Program-made: the position numbers and the translations under genes
Origin: Candidatus Saccharimonadota bacterium
GTDB lineage: Bacteria > Patescibacteriota > Saccharimonadia > Saccharimonadales > CAIOMD01
Reading direction: 5' to 3'
Assembly (NCBI GenBank): GCA_031973215.1
Contig: DALYDK010000001.1
Span: 150,610 to 214,609, forward strand
DNA length: 64,000 bases
In this document: positions 8,725 to 20,330 of the stretch, one piece after another
How positions within the stretch are numbered: position 1 is the first letter of the stretch
How the letters are laid out: every line of letters starts with the position of its first letter
Notes under the pieces: model-generated
The model's database searches: none
What the model was told of the DNA's origin: nothing
The model's input: the letters and a program-made list of their open reading frames with translations, nothing else

Positions 8725-10611
8725 TTAAATAAGCACGGCTTTTATTCGTCGGACACCGGCAGAGCTGGCTTCCTCTTTGGTAATTTTAAACTTTTTACCA
8801 CCTTCAGCTAAAGCTCCGGTATGCTCTACATGCGGGCCTCCGCATATTTCGCGTGAGTAGTTTGTGCCATCTGGATCACCAACTGTGTAAACTTTTACCA
8901 TTTCGCCATATTTATCACCAAAAGCTCCCATTACTCCCTCGGCTAGCGCTTGTTTGGTATTTTCTTCACGGTAGCTCATAGGCCAATCTTTTGATATTTG
9001 TTCGTTAACAATGTCTTCTATTTGCTTAATTTGTTCTGGTGTTACTTTTTCAGGGTGGCTAAAGTCAAACCGCAGTCTTTCAGCAGTGATATTGCTGCCA
9101 CGCTGAATAACATTATCACCTAATACAATTCTAAGTGCTTTGTACATTAGGTGTGTGGCTGTGTGATATTTAGTTGTAATTTCGCTATGGTCGGCAAGGC
9201 CACCTTTAAATTCGCCTTTTGTGGCGGTGCGGCTACGGTTTCTTTGTTCTTCCATTAATAGCCCAAATTTTTGCAGAATATTATCTTCTACATCAATTTT
9301 TTGGCTATATGCTTCTTCTAGGCTCAGTTCGGTTGGGAAGCCATAAGTGTCATAAAGCTTGAATAAATGTTCAGCGGTAAGCTTATTGTTCTCATTTGTC
9401 ATTTTTGCGAACTCTTTAAGACCGTTCCTAAGAGTTTGTCTAAATACTTTTTCTTCGCGTTCAAGTGCTTGTTGAACGGCATCTTTATTTTCAAGTACTT
9501 CTGGGTAGTCTTTTTCATAAAGTTCAATAATCACAGGTGAAACTTTATTAAGTAGGTTTTGCTCAACGCCAAGTTCAAAAGCATATCTAATTGCCCTTCT
9601 TAGTAGCCTACGCATAACATAGCCTTGAGCTTTATTGCTTGGACTGACTCCATCGACGGCTAAAAATGTTGCTGCTCTTAAATGGTCTGCAATAACTCGC
9701 ATACTCTCAGTGTGGCTCTCGTAATTTTTGCCACTAAGTTCTTCTAGTTTTTCAATTATTGGCCAAAGCAGGCTAATTTTAAATACATCTGGACTGTTAA
9801 TGTTTGCTGCTGCTATTCTTTCGAGGCCTCCTCCAAAGTCGACATTCTGCTTGGGTAGTTTTTCAAACCCTGTTTCAGTTTTCATATATTCCATAAAGAC
9901 CGAATTGCCAATTTCTAAATATCTACCGCAGTCACAGGCTGGGTGGCAGTTTTCGCCCCATTTTTTGTCGTGTTCTATAAAGTCGAATTCATAAAATACT
10001 TCGCTATCAGGGCCACCCGGTTCGCCGACGGGCATTTCATTAATATCACCTGCCCTACACCACCAGTTGTTACTAGAATCGTAAAAGAATATTCTGCCGC
10101 CCTGCATACCTTTTTTGTAACCTTCGGCGTCGCTACCGAACTCTACGGTTTTAGCCTCTACTCCTTTATCTGCGAAAAGCTTTTGCCAAATTTGGGCACT
10201 TTCTTCATCTTTTGGAATATTATTATTTTCGTCTCCTATAAAACAGCTAACGAATAGTTTGTTGGGGTCCAATCCCACAATATCTATCAAGAATTCAAAA
10301 AACCAAGGCAGTTGTTCTTTTTTAAAGTAATCACCCAGGCTCCAGTTGCCAAGCATTTCAAAAAAAGTAGTATGCCTGTTGTCGCCAACTTCTTCAATAT
10401 CTTGCGCTCTTAGGCAAGTTTGGCTATCTGTTAGTCTTGTTCCGGCTGGGTGTTTTTCACCAAGTAAATATGGTACCAGTGGTTGCATTCCGCTACCAGT
10501 AAACAATGTACTTGGGTCATTGTCGGGAATTAATTTTGCTCTTGGTATTATTTTGTGGCCATTTTTTTTGCAAAAATCAAAATAGGCCTGGCGAATTTCT
10601 TGTGCTGTCAT
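8725..10611 (-). CDS. alaS: alanine--tRNA ligase (short form: catalytic, tRNA-recognition and editing domains, no C-Ala domain)
   Basis: The N-terminus MTAQEIRQAYFDFCKKNGHKIIP...FTGSGMQP...FFEMLGNWS is the AlaRS class II core. The editing-domain HTATHL and the C-terminal GGPHV motif are present. At 628 aa it ends before the C-Ala domain. Confidence 0.85.
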   Translation of the reverse strand: MTAQEIRQAYFDFCKKNGHKIIPRAKLIPDNDPSTLFTGSGMQPLVPYLLGEKHPAGTRLTDSQTCLRAQDIEEVGDNRHTTFFEMLGNWSLGDYFKKEQLPWFFEFLIDIVGLDPNKLFVSCFIGDENNNIPKDEESAQIWQKLFADKGVEAKTVEFGSDAEGYKKGMQGGRIFFYDSSNNWWCRAGDINEMPVGEPGGPDSEVFYEFDFIEHDKKWGENCHPACDCGRYLEIGNSVFMEYMKTETGFEKLPKQNVDFGGGLERIAAANINSPDVFKISLLWPIIEKLEELSGKNYESHTESMRVIADHLRAATFLAVDGVSPSNKAQGYVMRRLLRRAIRYAFELGVEQNLLNKVSPVIIELYEKDYPEVLENKDAVQQALEREEKVFRQTLRNGLKEFAKMTNENNKLTAEHLFKLYDTYGFPTELSLEEAYSQKIDVEDNILQKFGLLMEEQRNRSRTATKGEFKGGLADHSEITTKYHTATHLMYKALRIVLGDNVIQRGSNITAERLRFDFSHPEKVTPEQIKQIEDIVNEQISKDWPMSYREENTKQALAEGVMGAFGDKYGEMVKVYTVGDPDGTNYSREICGGPHVEHTGALAEGGKKFKITKEEASSAGVRRIKAVLI

Positions 10612-10949
10612 AATGATTTATATTCTACCGATTTTTCAGCAAAACTACCATCATTTATGTATATAAACTAATTTTCAATGATAACTCATATGTGATATAA
10701 TTATAATAATGAGAGAACAAATAAAACAAATATTAGATGAATACTGCGAAACTGTACAATTTAATACAGACATTTCGCCAGAAGAAGCAAGAGAATTAGC
10801 TACAGACGCATTGATTCGTATGATCAGACAAAACAGTGCTTAATTATCTTGTGGGGTCTAGGGCTCTACAAATATTCTAGGTTTGATATCTATTGGGTAA
10901 CTGGTGGAAATGGTATTAAATTTTTTCTATCTGATAAAATACTAACGAT

Positions 10950-11777
10950 ATGAATGTAGCTATACAGGGCATCGCTGGATCTTTTCATCATGAAGCAGCT
11001 AATAAATTATTAGGTAATGAAAAAAATTCCCTTGTTGATTGTGCCGATTTTACAACTGTTTTTGATGAATTAATAGCTAACAACGCCAATATGGGCGTGG
11101 TAGCCATAGAAAACACTAACTTTGGCTCAATTAATGAAGTGTACGATTTACTTGAAAAGCACAATAAAAAGTTGAAAATTATTCAGGAGTTGCCACTAAA
11201 AATTCACCAACAATTAATAACTTATAAAAATACAAAACTCCCTGATATAAAAGTTGTATATTCTCATCCTGTTGCTCTAGAGCAATGTTCAGAATTTTTA
11301 AAGAATAATTTACCAAGCGCCAAATTGGTTGTTTCTGAGGATACTGCATTGTCTGTTAAGGATTTAAGCATAATGCCTCAGGTTTGCGCGGCCATAGGTA
11401 GTGCAACTTCCGCCAAACTCTACAATCGACACATAGTGGCCAAAAATATCGAGAACAACCGTAATAACTACACAAGATTTTTACTTGTTGCTCCTAATAG
11501 CAGTCCTAACGCAAAAAGTTCTAATAAATATTCAGTGGTCGTAGATTTGTCGCACGAAAAAGGTTCCTTGGCAAAACTGTTATCAGATATGAGTGAACGA
11601 GGCTTTAATTTGACTAAAATACAGTCTAGGCCTTATATAAACAGGCCCTGGGAATATAAATTCTACATTGACTTTATAGATGCAAAAAAACGAGATAATC
11701 TTGACGAAATATTTAAAAACAACCATGCAAAATACAAAATTTTAGGATATTACCCAGCAATTATCGGCAACATTTAG
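10950..11777 (+). CDS. pheA: prephenate dehydratase
   Basis: PDT domain with ESRP-like TKIQSRPY and a C-terminal ACT-like domain. Confidence 0.8.
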   Translation: MNVAIQGIAGSFHHEAANKLLGNEKNSLVDCADFTTVFDELIANNANMGVVAIENTNFGSINEVYDLLEKHNKKLKIIQELPLKIHQQLITYKNTKLPDIKVVYSHPVALEQCSEFLKNNLPSAKLVVSEDTALSVKDLSIMPQVCAAIGSATSAKLYNRHIVAKNIENNRNNYTRFLLVAPNSSPNAKSSNKYSVVVDLSHEKGSLAKLLSDMSERGFNLTKIQSRPYINRPWEYKFYIDFIDAKKRDNLDEIFKNNHAKYKILGYYPAIIGNI

Positions 11778-11802
11778 TCTTTTTATATATACTTAAATAC
11801 AA

Positions 11803-13272
11803 ATGGATATTTCATACGGATCTTTTACCGGCTTGTTAGCTATAAATTTTGCACTTATTGATATTGGTTTAAAAATAATTGCTCTAATAATAATTCCAAA
11901 TAACAGAAAGCCTTCTTCTGCAACGGCTTGGTTACTGGCGATATTCTTTATTCCGCTTATAGGACTACCTTTGTTCTTTTTGCTAGGTAATAGTGTTTTG
12001 TCTAAGCCCAGGACCAAGAAACAAGCCGAAATCACTAAAGAATATGGTAGAGCTTTTGAGCTTGACTCTAAGCCCGATAACGTTCAAATAGATGAGTCTT
12101 TTCAATCTAGTTCTAACTTAAATTTTAACTTAACTAATTTGCCTGTTGTGTCCGCTACCAGTTACGAGCTAATAGAACAGTACAACCAATTATTTAAGAA
12201 ACTAATAACAGAAGTTAAAAAGGCAAGAAAAAGTATATGGCTAGAGTTTTATATTATTACTTACGATAAGGCAACGGCGGAACTACTGGGCGAACTTGCC
12301 CTAGCCCGAGACCGAGGCGTAGATGTTAGGGTTATATATGACCACCTTGGTAGTTGGATGTACCCGGGCTATAAAGAAATGAAAGATTTTTTCAAAAAAA
12401 GAAAAATAAACGCCCAAGCCTCCTTGCCTGTTAAGTTATTTAGTAGTAGATATTTCCAGCGCCCAGACCTAAGGAACCACCGCAAAATTGCGGTAATAGA
12501 TGGCCGAATAGGCTTTATGGGCTCGCAGAATATTATTGATAAAACTTACGATAAATCTAAAAATATAAGAAAAGGCCTAAGCTGGAAAGAATTAATGGTG
12601 CGGCTTGAGGGGCCAATAGTTCGGCAGCTAGAGCTAGTTTTTGCAAACGATTGGTATGCCGAAACAAATGAGCATTTATTTAAGGAAGAAAAGCCCTTAA
12701 AGGTTTCAAACAATAATAAAAAACTGCTCTGCCAATTAATTCCGAGTGGCCCGGGATACGCAACGGAAAACAATTTAAAGGCTTTTAATAATTTGCTATA
12801 TAACGCTCGAAAAAAAGCTGTCATTACAAGCCCGTATTTTGTGCCAGATGAATCTATGCTTGGTGCAATAACCACAGCGGCAGAAAGAGGCGTTGAAGTT
12901 ACATTGTTTGTATCTGAAATTGGTGATCAGTTTTTTGTATATCATGCTCAAAGATCTTACTACGAAAAATTAATGCAAAGCGGAATTAACATATATATGT
13001 ATAAATCCCCGACAGTACTACATTCAAAACATATGACAATAGATGACGATATTGCTGTTGTTGGATCTAGTAATATGGATATTCGCTCCCTAGAGCTTAA
13101 TCAAGAAGTTTCATTGCTGGTTAAAAGCAAGAGTTTTGTTAAGCAAATGAGACAAGTAGAGGCATCTTATTTAAGAAAGAGTAAAAAACTAAATTATAAT
13201 AAGTGGATGAAAAGGCATTATAGTCAAAAAATTGTCGATAATTTAGCAAGATTAACCTCTGGTTTACAATAA
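11803..13272 (+). CDS. cls: cardiolipin synthase (PLD superfamily, two HKD motifs)
   Basis: N-terminal transmembrane helices and two HKD motifs, HRKIAVIDGRIGFMGSQN and HSKHMTIDDDIAVVGSSN. Confidence 0.85.
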   Translation: MDISYGSFTGLLAINFALIDIGLKIIALIIIPNNRKPSSATAWLLAIFFIPLIGLPLFFLLGNSVLSKPRTKKQAEITKEYGRAFELDSKPDNVQIDESFQSSSNLNFNLTNLPVVSATSYELIEQYNQLFKKLITEVKKARKSIWLEFYIITYDKATAELLGELALARDRGVDVRVIYDHLGSWMYPGYKEMKDFFKKRKINAQASLPVKLFSSRYFQRPDLRNHRKIAVIDGRIGFMGSQNIIDKTYDKSKNIRKGLSWKELMVRLEGPIVRQLELVFANDWYAETNEHLFKEEKPLKVSNNNKKLLCQLIPSGPGYATENNLKAFNNLLYNARKKAVITSPYFVPDESMLGAITTAAERGVEVTLFVSEIGDQFFVYHAQRSYYEKLMQSGINIYMYKSPTVLHSKHMTIDDDIAVVGSSNMDIRSLELNQEVSLLVKSKSFVKQMRQVEASYLRKSKKLNYNKWMKRHYSQKIVDNLARLTSGLQ

Positions 13273-13652
13273 TGGCATTTAATATTTCTGATAACGAATT
13301 TGAGACAATTGTTAAACAATCAATAGATAATATTCCAAGTTTATATAAAGACAACTTAGAAAGTGTTGGTTTTTTTGTAGAAGAAGAGCCTACAAAAGAA
13401 CAGTCTAAAAAATTAAAACTAAGGCCGTGCGATAGTTTATTTGGACTTTTTGAAGGTGTTCCCAAAACCGAGAACGATGGTGGATATGCACTTACCTTGC
13501 CGAGTAAAATAACTATTTTTAAAAAAGCACACGAAATGAATTCAAATAATTTAGAAGATCTTAGGGCTCAGGTAAATGATAGTGTTTGGCACGAGGTGGC
13601 TCATTATTACGGCTTAAGCCACGCCGACATGGCCAAAATTAAACGAAATTAA
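13272..13652 (+). CDS. zincin-like metallopeptidase-family protein (HExxH)
   Basis: Carries a WHEVAHYYG HExxH motif in a small acidic protein of about 126 aa, resembling the Zincin_1/DUF1025 family. Confidence 0.55.
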   Translation: MAFNISDNEFETIVKQSIDNIPSLYKDNLESVGFFVEEEPTKEQSKKLKLRPCDSLFGLFEGVPKTENDGGYALTLPSKITIFKKAHEMNSNNLEDLRAQVNDSVWHEVAHYYGLSHADMAKIKRN

Positions 13653-13757
13653 CTTTGTGATTATGCTACATTTTTGTTAATATAATATTTAAGAAATGTT
13701 GCAAAATAAATCTAAAGAGAGCGTTTTATTTAACGGACTCCTTAAAGGAGTGTGTTA

Positions 13758-14609
13758 ATGTTTTGGAGCCAATTTGCGTCTGAACAAACAGTTCCGCTTA
13801 GCGCAGAAACCGTGCTGACAATTGGCAACTTTCCCATAACCAATAGCATGTTAATGGGTGTTGTTGTTGGAATAATAATAATGTTAAGCTTTGGCGCCTT
13901 GGCAATGTACGTTAAGGCTCGTCCAGATTCAAAATTTGCATTTACCTTAGAAATGCTAACTTTGTTTGTGTTAGATGCGGTCAGAAATAACTTTGGCGGC
14001 GACGATAAAAAGGCTCGGAAGTTTCTTCCTCTTTTTGTGGCATTCTTTACTTTTATTCTTATAAATAACTTAGCTGGACTATTACCGGGTATGGGCGGTT
14101 CTATATATGTTGAAAGCGAAGGCATTAGGGCCGCGCTGTTGAGGCCTTTTACAACAGACCTTAATGGAACTCTTGCTTTAGCTTTTATTGCAATAGGCAC
14201 CGTTCAGGTATATGCCATTAAAGAAAGAGGTTTCTTTGGGCATATAAAGCATTATTTTAGTTTGATGACTCCTTGGTGGAATCCAATGAATTTTTTCATT
14301 GGAGCCATAGAAGTAATGAGCGAACTTGTAAGGTTATTAACACTAGCCTTAAGGCTTTTTGGTGTTATTTATGCAGGAGAGGTTCTATTACATGTTATTA
14401 CGGGCCTAGCTGGCAATTTTGCTCCGGTTGCAATTATTCCATTTATTTTATTAGAGATATTTTTCTCATTAATTCAGGCATATTTGTTCATAATGTTATC
14501 ATCGGTTTATTTGGCCATGGGAACGACTCACGACGAAGATCACGAGTCGGATCATGATAAAAAAGTTAATAAAGAACCCAAAAGAGTTGTAACGGCTCAG
14601 GCGGGTTGA
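13758..14609 (+). CDS. atpB: F0F1 ATP synthase subunit a
   Basis: Multi-pass membrane protein carrying the conserved Arg in LTLALRLFGVIYAGE. AAAGGAG RBS 7 nt upstream of the ATG at 13758; a GTG at 13752 is a possible alternative start. Confidence 0.85.
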   Translation: MFWSQFASEQTVPLSAETVLTIGNFPITNSMLMGVVVGIIIMLSFGALAMYVKARPDSKFAFTLEMLTLFVLDAVRNNFGGDDKKARKFLPLFVAFFTFILINNLAGLLPGMGGSIYVESEGIRAALLRPFTTDLNGTLALAFIAIGTVQVYAIKERGFFGHIKHYFSLMTPWWNPMNFFIGAIEVMSELVRLLTLALRLFGVIYAGEVLLHVITGLAGNFAPVAIIPFILLEIFFSLIQAYLFIMLSSVYLAMGTTHDEDHESDHDKKVNKEPKRVVTAQAG

Positions 14610-14625
14610 TAAATAAGGAGTAATA

Positions 14626-14841
14626 ATGGAAATAACACCAGAACTAGTAAAAGGAATAACAATTGCAATTGGTGCGATTGGCCCAGCGATTGGCCTAGGC
14701 TTAATAGGCTCAGCAGCCGTAAATTCGGTTGGTCGTAACCCAGAAGCCCAAAGCAAAGTTTTGACTATGGCTCTTGTAATGGCTGGTTTAGTTGATGCAA
14801 TCATGGTTTTTGTACTATTAATTGTTTTCACAACAAGCTAA
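14626..14841 (+). CDS. atpE: F0F1 ATP synthase subunit c
   Basis: 71-aa two-helix hairpin with the GxGxGxG packing motif and a conserved carboxylate (LVDAI). Confidence 0.9.
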   Translation: MEITPELVKGITIAIGAIGPAIGLGLIGSAAVNSVGRNPEAQSKVLTMALVMAGLVDAIMVFVLLIVFTTS

Positions 14842-14858
14842 AGGATTTTGAATAGTAA

Positions 14859-15386
14859 ATGGTATATATATTTGCATCAGAATCTGCTGAACAAGCTAGC
14901 GAAGGCGGTATTTCTGCCCTTGGCCTAGACTTAAAAGCTTTTATTTTTCAGCTAATTTCGTTTGCAATTATAGTTTTCTTTTTAAATAAGTTTGTTTTTT
15001 CTAAGGTATTCAAAGTCATTGATGAAAGAAAGCAAGAAATTGAAGCCGGCTTAGAGAGATCTAACCTTGCGACAAAAGAGCTGGAAAAAGCAGGCGATAA
15101 AGCCGAACAACTACTAAAAGAAGCTAGGGCCGAAGCCGATAACTTACTACACAGTGCTCATGAAGACGCTTCTGCGCTTTTGAAATCTACAGAAGAAAAA
15201 GCAGCTCTTAAGGCAGAAAAAATAGTTTCAGAGGCAAAAGAGCAACTAAAAGTTGAGGTAGACAAAGCCAAGGTAGAGCTAAAAAAAGAGAACGCAAAAT
15301 TAGTTGCAAAGGTCACAGAAGAGATTATTGGCGAAAAACTAACAGATCAAAAAGATCAAGATTTAATTAAAAAGGCCTTGAAATAA
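14859..15386 (+). CDS. atpF: F0F1 ATP synthase subunit b
   Basis: N-terminal transmembrane helix followed by a long charged coiled coil, in the expected operon position. Confidence 0.8.
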   Translation: MVYIFASESAEQASEGGISALGLDLKAFIFQLISFAIIVFFLNKFVFSKVFKVIDERKQEIEAGLERSNLATKELEKAGDKAEQLLKEARAEADNLLHSAHEDASALLKSTEEKAALKAEKIVSEAKEQLKVEVDKAKVELKKENAKLVAKVTEEIIGEKLTDQKDQDLIKKALK

Positions 15387-15387
15387 C

Positions 15388-15774
15388 ATGGTATCTCGTA
15401 CGAAAGCAGCCGAATACTTGGCTAATCAGCTTATCTCTGGAAACAGAGAAGAAGCTATTGCTTCGGTGGCCTACTGGCTTAAAGACAACGGCAAAATTAA
15501 TGAGCTTCCCTATTTAATTAAGGATGCAACAAATTATTTAGCAATAAATAATGGCTATTATTTTGTCGTAGTCACAACTGCTAAGCCTTTAGGCGGTGAC
15601 CAGCAGGTGCAAATCTCAGACTCTATAAAACAAAAGTATGAGATTAATGAGATTGAAACATTGTTTTTAGTTGATGAATCGTTAATTGGTGGTATAAAAA
15701 TAGAGTTCCCAAATGGGGTTCTTGACGCTAGCGTACGAGGTAAATTGAATAAGTTAATAGAAAATATAGTTTAA
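15388..15774 (+). CDS. atpH: F0F1 ATP synthase subunit delta (short form)
   Basis: 128 aa, shorter than the usual roughly 180 aa; the C-terminus LIGGIKIEFPNGVLDASVRGKLNKL matches the OSCP/delta family. Lies between atpF and atpA. Confidence 0.7.
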   Translation: MVSRTKAAEYLANQLISGNREEAIASVAYWLKDNGKINELPYLIKDATNYLAINNGYYFVVVTTAKPLGGDQQVQISDSIKQKYEINEIETLFLVDESLIGGIKIEFPNGVLDASVRGKLNKLIENIV

Positions 15775-15786
15775 GGGGAAATTCAA

Positions 15787-17325
15787 GTGAGCAGTATTAA
15801 TGTTAAAGATTTAAGCAAAGAACTGGAAAATGCCATTTCTGGCTTGGGACAAAAAGGAGATTTTGAGTCTACCGGAATTGTTACCAGAGTAAGTGATGGT
15901 ATTGTTTGGGTGTACGGCCTAAAAGAATGTGGATATAGTGACATTATAGAAATTGAAGTAAAAGGAGCCTCCCCTGCTCGTGCTTTTGCTTTGAATTTGA
16001 ACGAGGATGAAATTGGTGCAGTCCTACTTGACAGTGAGGTTGGAGTTAGGGCTGGCGCTAAGGCAGTTTTAACTGGCAAGCCCCTAGAAGTACCTGTCGG
16101 TGATGAGCTTCTTGGTAGGGTTGTTGATCCTCTTGGCAGACCCCTTGATGGTCTTGGCCCAATAAAAGCAACCAAAACTGGTCTTATAGAAAAATTAGCG
16201 CCCGGAGTCATGGACCGTAAAGGTGTCCATGAGCCACTTGCCACTGGAATTATGGCCGTTGATACTATGGTTCCTATTGGCCGAGGGCAGAGAGAGTTAA
16301 TTATTGGCGATAGGCAGACCGGTAAGACAGCAATTGCTATTGACACTATGATTAACCAGGCTAGGCAAAAAACTGGTGTATATAATATTTTTGTAGCAGT
16401 TGGTCAGAAAAAGGCCAAGGTTGCGGCTTTGGTTGATAGACTCAAGACAGAGGGCGTTATGGATCAGACCATAGTTGTCGCTACTAGCCCATCGGATCCT
16501 GCTAGCTTACTTTACCTAGCACCATATTCCGGAACTGCAATGGGCGAATATTTCCGCGATAATGGCAAGCACGCTTTAATTATTTATGATGATTTGTCTA
16601 AGCATGCTGTAGCCTACAGACAAATGTCACTTCTTCTAAAACGCCCACCAGGTCGCGAAGCTTACCCAGGCGATGTATTTTATTTGCATTCAAGATTACT
16701 AGAAAGAGCCGCTAAACTATCTGATGAACTAGGCGCCGGAAGCTTAACAGCATTACCTATCATTGAAACTCAAGCTGGTGATGTAAGCGCATATATCCCA
16801 ACAAATGTGATTTCCATCACAGATGGTCAGATATATCTAGAGACTAACCTATTTCATCAGGGTATTAGGCCAGCCATTTCTGTTGGGCTAAGCGTTAGTC
16901 GTGTTGGTGGAGCTGCTCAAACCAAAGCTACTAAAAGCGTTGCCGGAACTTTAAGGCTAGAACTAGCTCAGTTCCGAGAATTAGCAAGCTTTGCACAATT
17001 TGCCAGTGATTTAGATGAAGACACCAAGAAAAGAATTGCCAGAGGAAGATTATTAACCGAAGTGCTAAAACAGAAACAGTACCAGCCTTTAAGCGTTGGC
17101 GAGCAAGTTGTGATTCTTCTTGGGGCTACTAGTGGTCATTTCGATAATTTACTCGATAGTGTTATTCAAAGTGCCGCTCATCAGCTTGTAACTGATTTTA
17201 AGAAATCACATAACAAAGAGTTTTTGAGCATAAATGATGGTAATAAGCCTGAAGAAAAAACAATTACGGCAATCAACAAACTTGCTCAGAAAATTGCAGC
17301 ATCTTTCGGAGAGGAAAAGGCTTAG
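15787..17325 (+). CDS. atpA: F0F1 ATP synthase subunit alpha
   Basis: Walker A GDRQTGKT and extensive alpha-subunit identity. GTG start. Confidence 0.95.
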   Translation: MSSINVKDLSKELENAISGLGQKGDFESTGIVTRVSDGIVWVYGLKECGYSDIIEIEVKGASPARAFALNLNEDEIGAVLLDSEVGVRAGAKAVLTGKPLEVPVGDELLGRVVDPLGRPLDGLGPIKATKTGLIEKLAPGVMDRKGVHEPLATGIMAVDTMVPIGRGQRELIIGDRQTGKTAIAIDTMINQARQKTGVYNIFVAVGQKKAKVAALVDRLKTEGVMDQTIVVATSPSDPASLLYLAPYSGTAMGEYFRDNGKHALIIYDDLSKHAVAYRQMSLLLKRPPGREAYPGDVFYLHSRLLERAAKLSDELGAGSLTALPIIETQAGDVSAYIPTNVISITDGQIYLETNLFHQGIRPAISVGLSVSRVGGAAQTKATKSVAGTLRLELAQFRELASFAQFASDLDEDTKKRIARGRLLTEVLKQKQYQPLSVGEQVVILLGATSGHFDNLLDSVIQSAAHQLVTDFKKSHNKEFLSINDGNKPEEKTITAINKLAQKIAASFGEEKA

Positions 17326-17331
17326 TTAATT

Positions 17332-18210
17332 ATGGCATCGCGGCAAGCAATAAAAAGTAGAATAAAATCTGTTTCTAATACCAAGCAGATAACTAAAGCT
17401 ATGCAGTTAGTTGCCGCTAGTAAACTGAAAAAAGCCCAAGATTCTGCTACGGCCCCTAGAGATTATTTGAACGAAGCAAAAAATCTTATTGAGGAACTGG
17501 CAGCTACCACTGCAGTAAAAGGCTCGAAACTATTCGAAAAAAATAACTCTGAAGTAACCTTAACCATAGTCGTTAGTAGCGACCGTGGGCTAGCCGGAGC
17601 CTATAACAGCAATGTCGTGAGGGCTATGGTTAAGCACTTAAAAGAGGGCTCTACTAAACACAAAATAATTAGCATTGGTCGTTACGCTTCTCTGTTTGTT
17701 GCCAAAATAAATGGCCCAGATGACCAATACAATATAGAAGAAGTAGAAGAAATTGCAGCTTATCCAATTGGGAGTGCTTCTGTTGACCAGGAATTATCTA
17801 TTCCAATTTTACAAGAAGCAGTTGAATTATTTACTGCCAATAAGGTTGGTGAGGTATTTGTTATTTATACTGAATTTAACTCTACGGTTAAGCAAACGGT
17901 AAAGGCAGAAAAACTCTTACCCCTAGAGCCAGGTTCAGATAATGGACTTAAACTGCAAAAAACAACCGAGCCAAGTGGTCCCGAAATTGTTGATTTTGTC
18001 GCCAATAGATACCTGGAGGCAGCTTTAACCCAATATATTTTAGAGTCACTGGCTTCTGAACATGCATCACGAATGCTGGCTATGAAAAATGCAACTGACA
18101 ATGCATCAGATTTAATAGATGACCTAACTTTAGCTTCAAATAATGCTAGACAAGCTGCAATTACTCAGGAACTCGCCGAAATCAGCGCAGGAGCAGCAGC
18201 GGTAAATTAA
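17332..18210 (+). CDS. atpG: F0F1 ATP synthase subunit gamma
   Basis: N-terminus IKSRIKSVSNTKQITKAMQLVAASKL and C-terminus ITQELAEISAGAAAV match gamma subunits. Confidence 0.9.
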   Translation: MASRQAIKSRIKSVSNTKQITKAMQLVAASKLKKAQDSATAPRDYLNEAKNLIEELAATTAVKGSKLFEKNNSEVTLTIVVSSDRGLAGAYNSNVVRAMVKHLKEGSTKHKIISIGRYASLFVAKINGPDDQYNIEEVEEIAAYPIGSASVDQELSIPILQEAVELFTANKVGEVFVIYTEFNSTVKQTVKAEKLLPLEPGSDNGLKLQKTTEPSGPEIVDFVANRYLEAALTQYILESLASEHASRMLAMKNATDNASDLIDDLTLASNNARQAAITQELAEISAGAAAVN

Positions 18211-18219
18211 GGAATTATT

Positions 18220-19845
<1,626 letters not shown>

Positions 19846-19846
<1 letters not shown>

Positions 19847-20259
19847 TGCAAGCAAAGCTGTTAACAATGTCTGGATCTTTGTACGATAACCAGGCTAAAG
19901 AAATTCAGCTTAGAACTCCAGAGGGCGATATGGCAATTTTAGCCGGCCATGAACCCTTTTTGGCCATTGTTGAACCTGGGCCACTAACAATTATTAATGA
20001 AGATAATAGCGATGAGCTCTTTTCTGTATTTGGAGGCCTAGTTTCTGTTAACGAGAACAACGAAGTAAAAATTCTAGTCGATGAAGCCGATCATCATGAT
20101 AATTTGATTATTGAAGAAATAGAACAGGCTATAGAACTTGCCAAAGAGCTTAAAGAAGCCGCCAAAGACAGGCAGTCGTTGTATCAGGCACAAAAACTAA
20201 TTGACAGACACACTGTCCGGTTGAATGTTGCCAAAATTCGCCGCCGAAACAAGAGATAA
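19846..20259 (+). CDS. atpC: F0F1 ATP synthase subunit epsilon
   Basis: N-terminal beta-sandwich and C-terminal helices; its start overlaps the atpD stop. Confidence 0.85.
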
Positions 20260-20330
20260 TTTTTTCTTTATTATTTTTTCTAAAAGAGTATAATATTAGA
20301 GTTTTGTAAAAATAATAAGGTAAATTTTAT

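Noticed and set aside
10709-10843. 44-aa ORF in the alaS-pheA intergenic region, considered as a pheA leader peptide/attenuator
   Set aside because: It has only one Phe codon and no RBS, so it is not a Phe-rich attenuation leader. It is probably non-coding, or at best an unsupported micro-ORF.
15783-16346. 187-aa minus-strand ORF
   Set aside because: It is antisense inside atpA, which is unambiguous, with P/S/T-rich nonsense composition.
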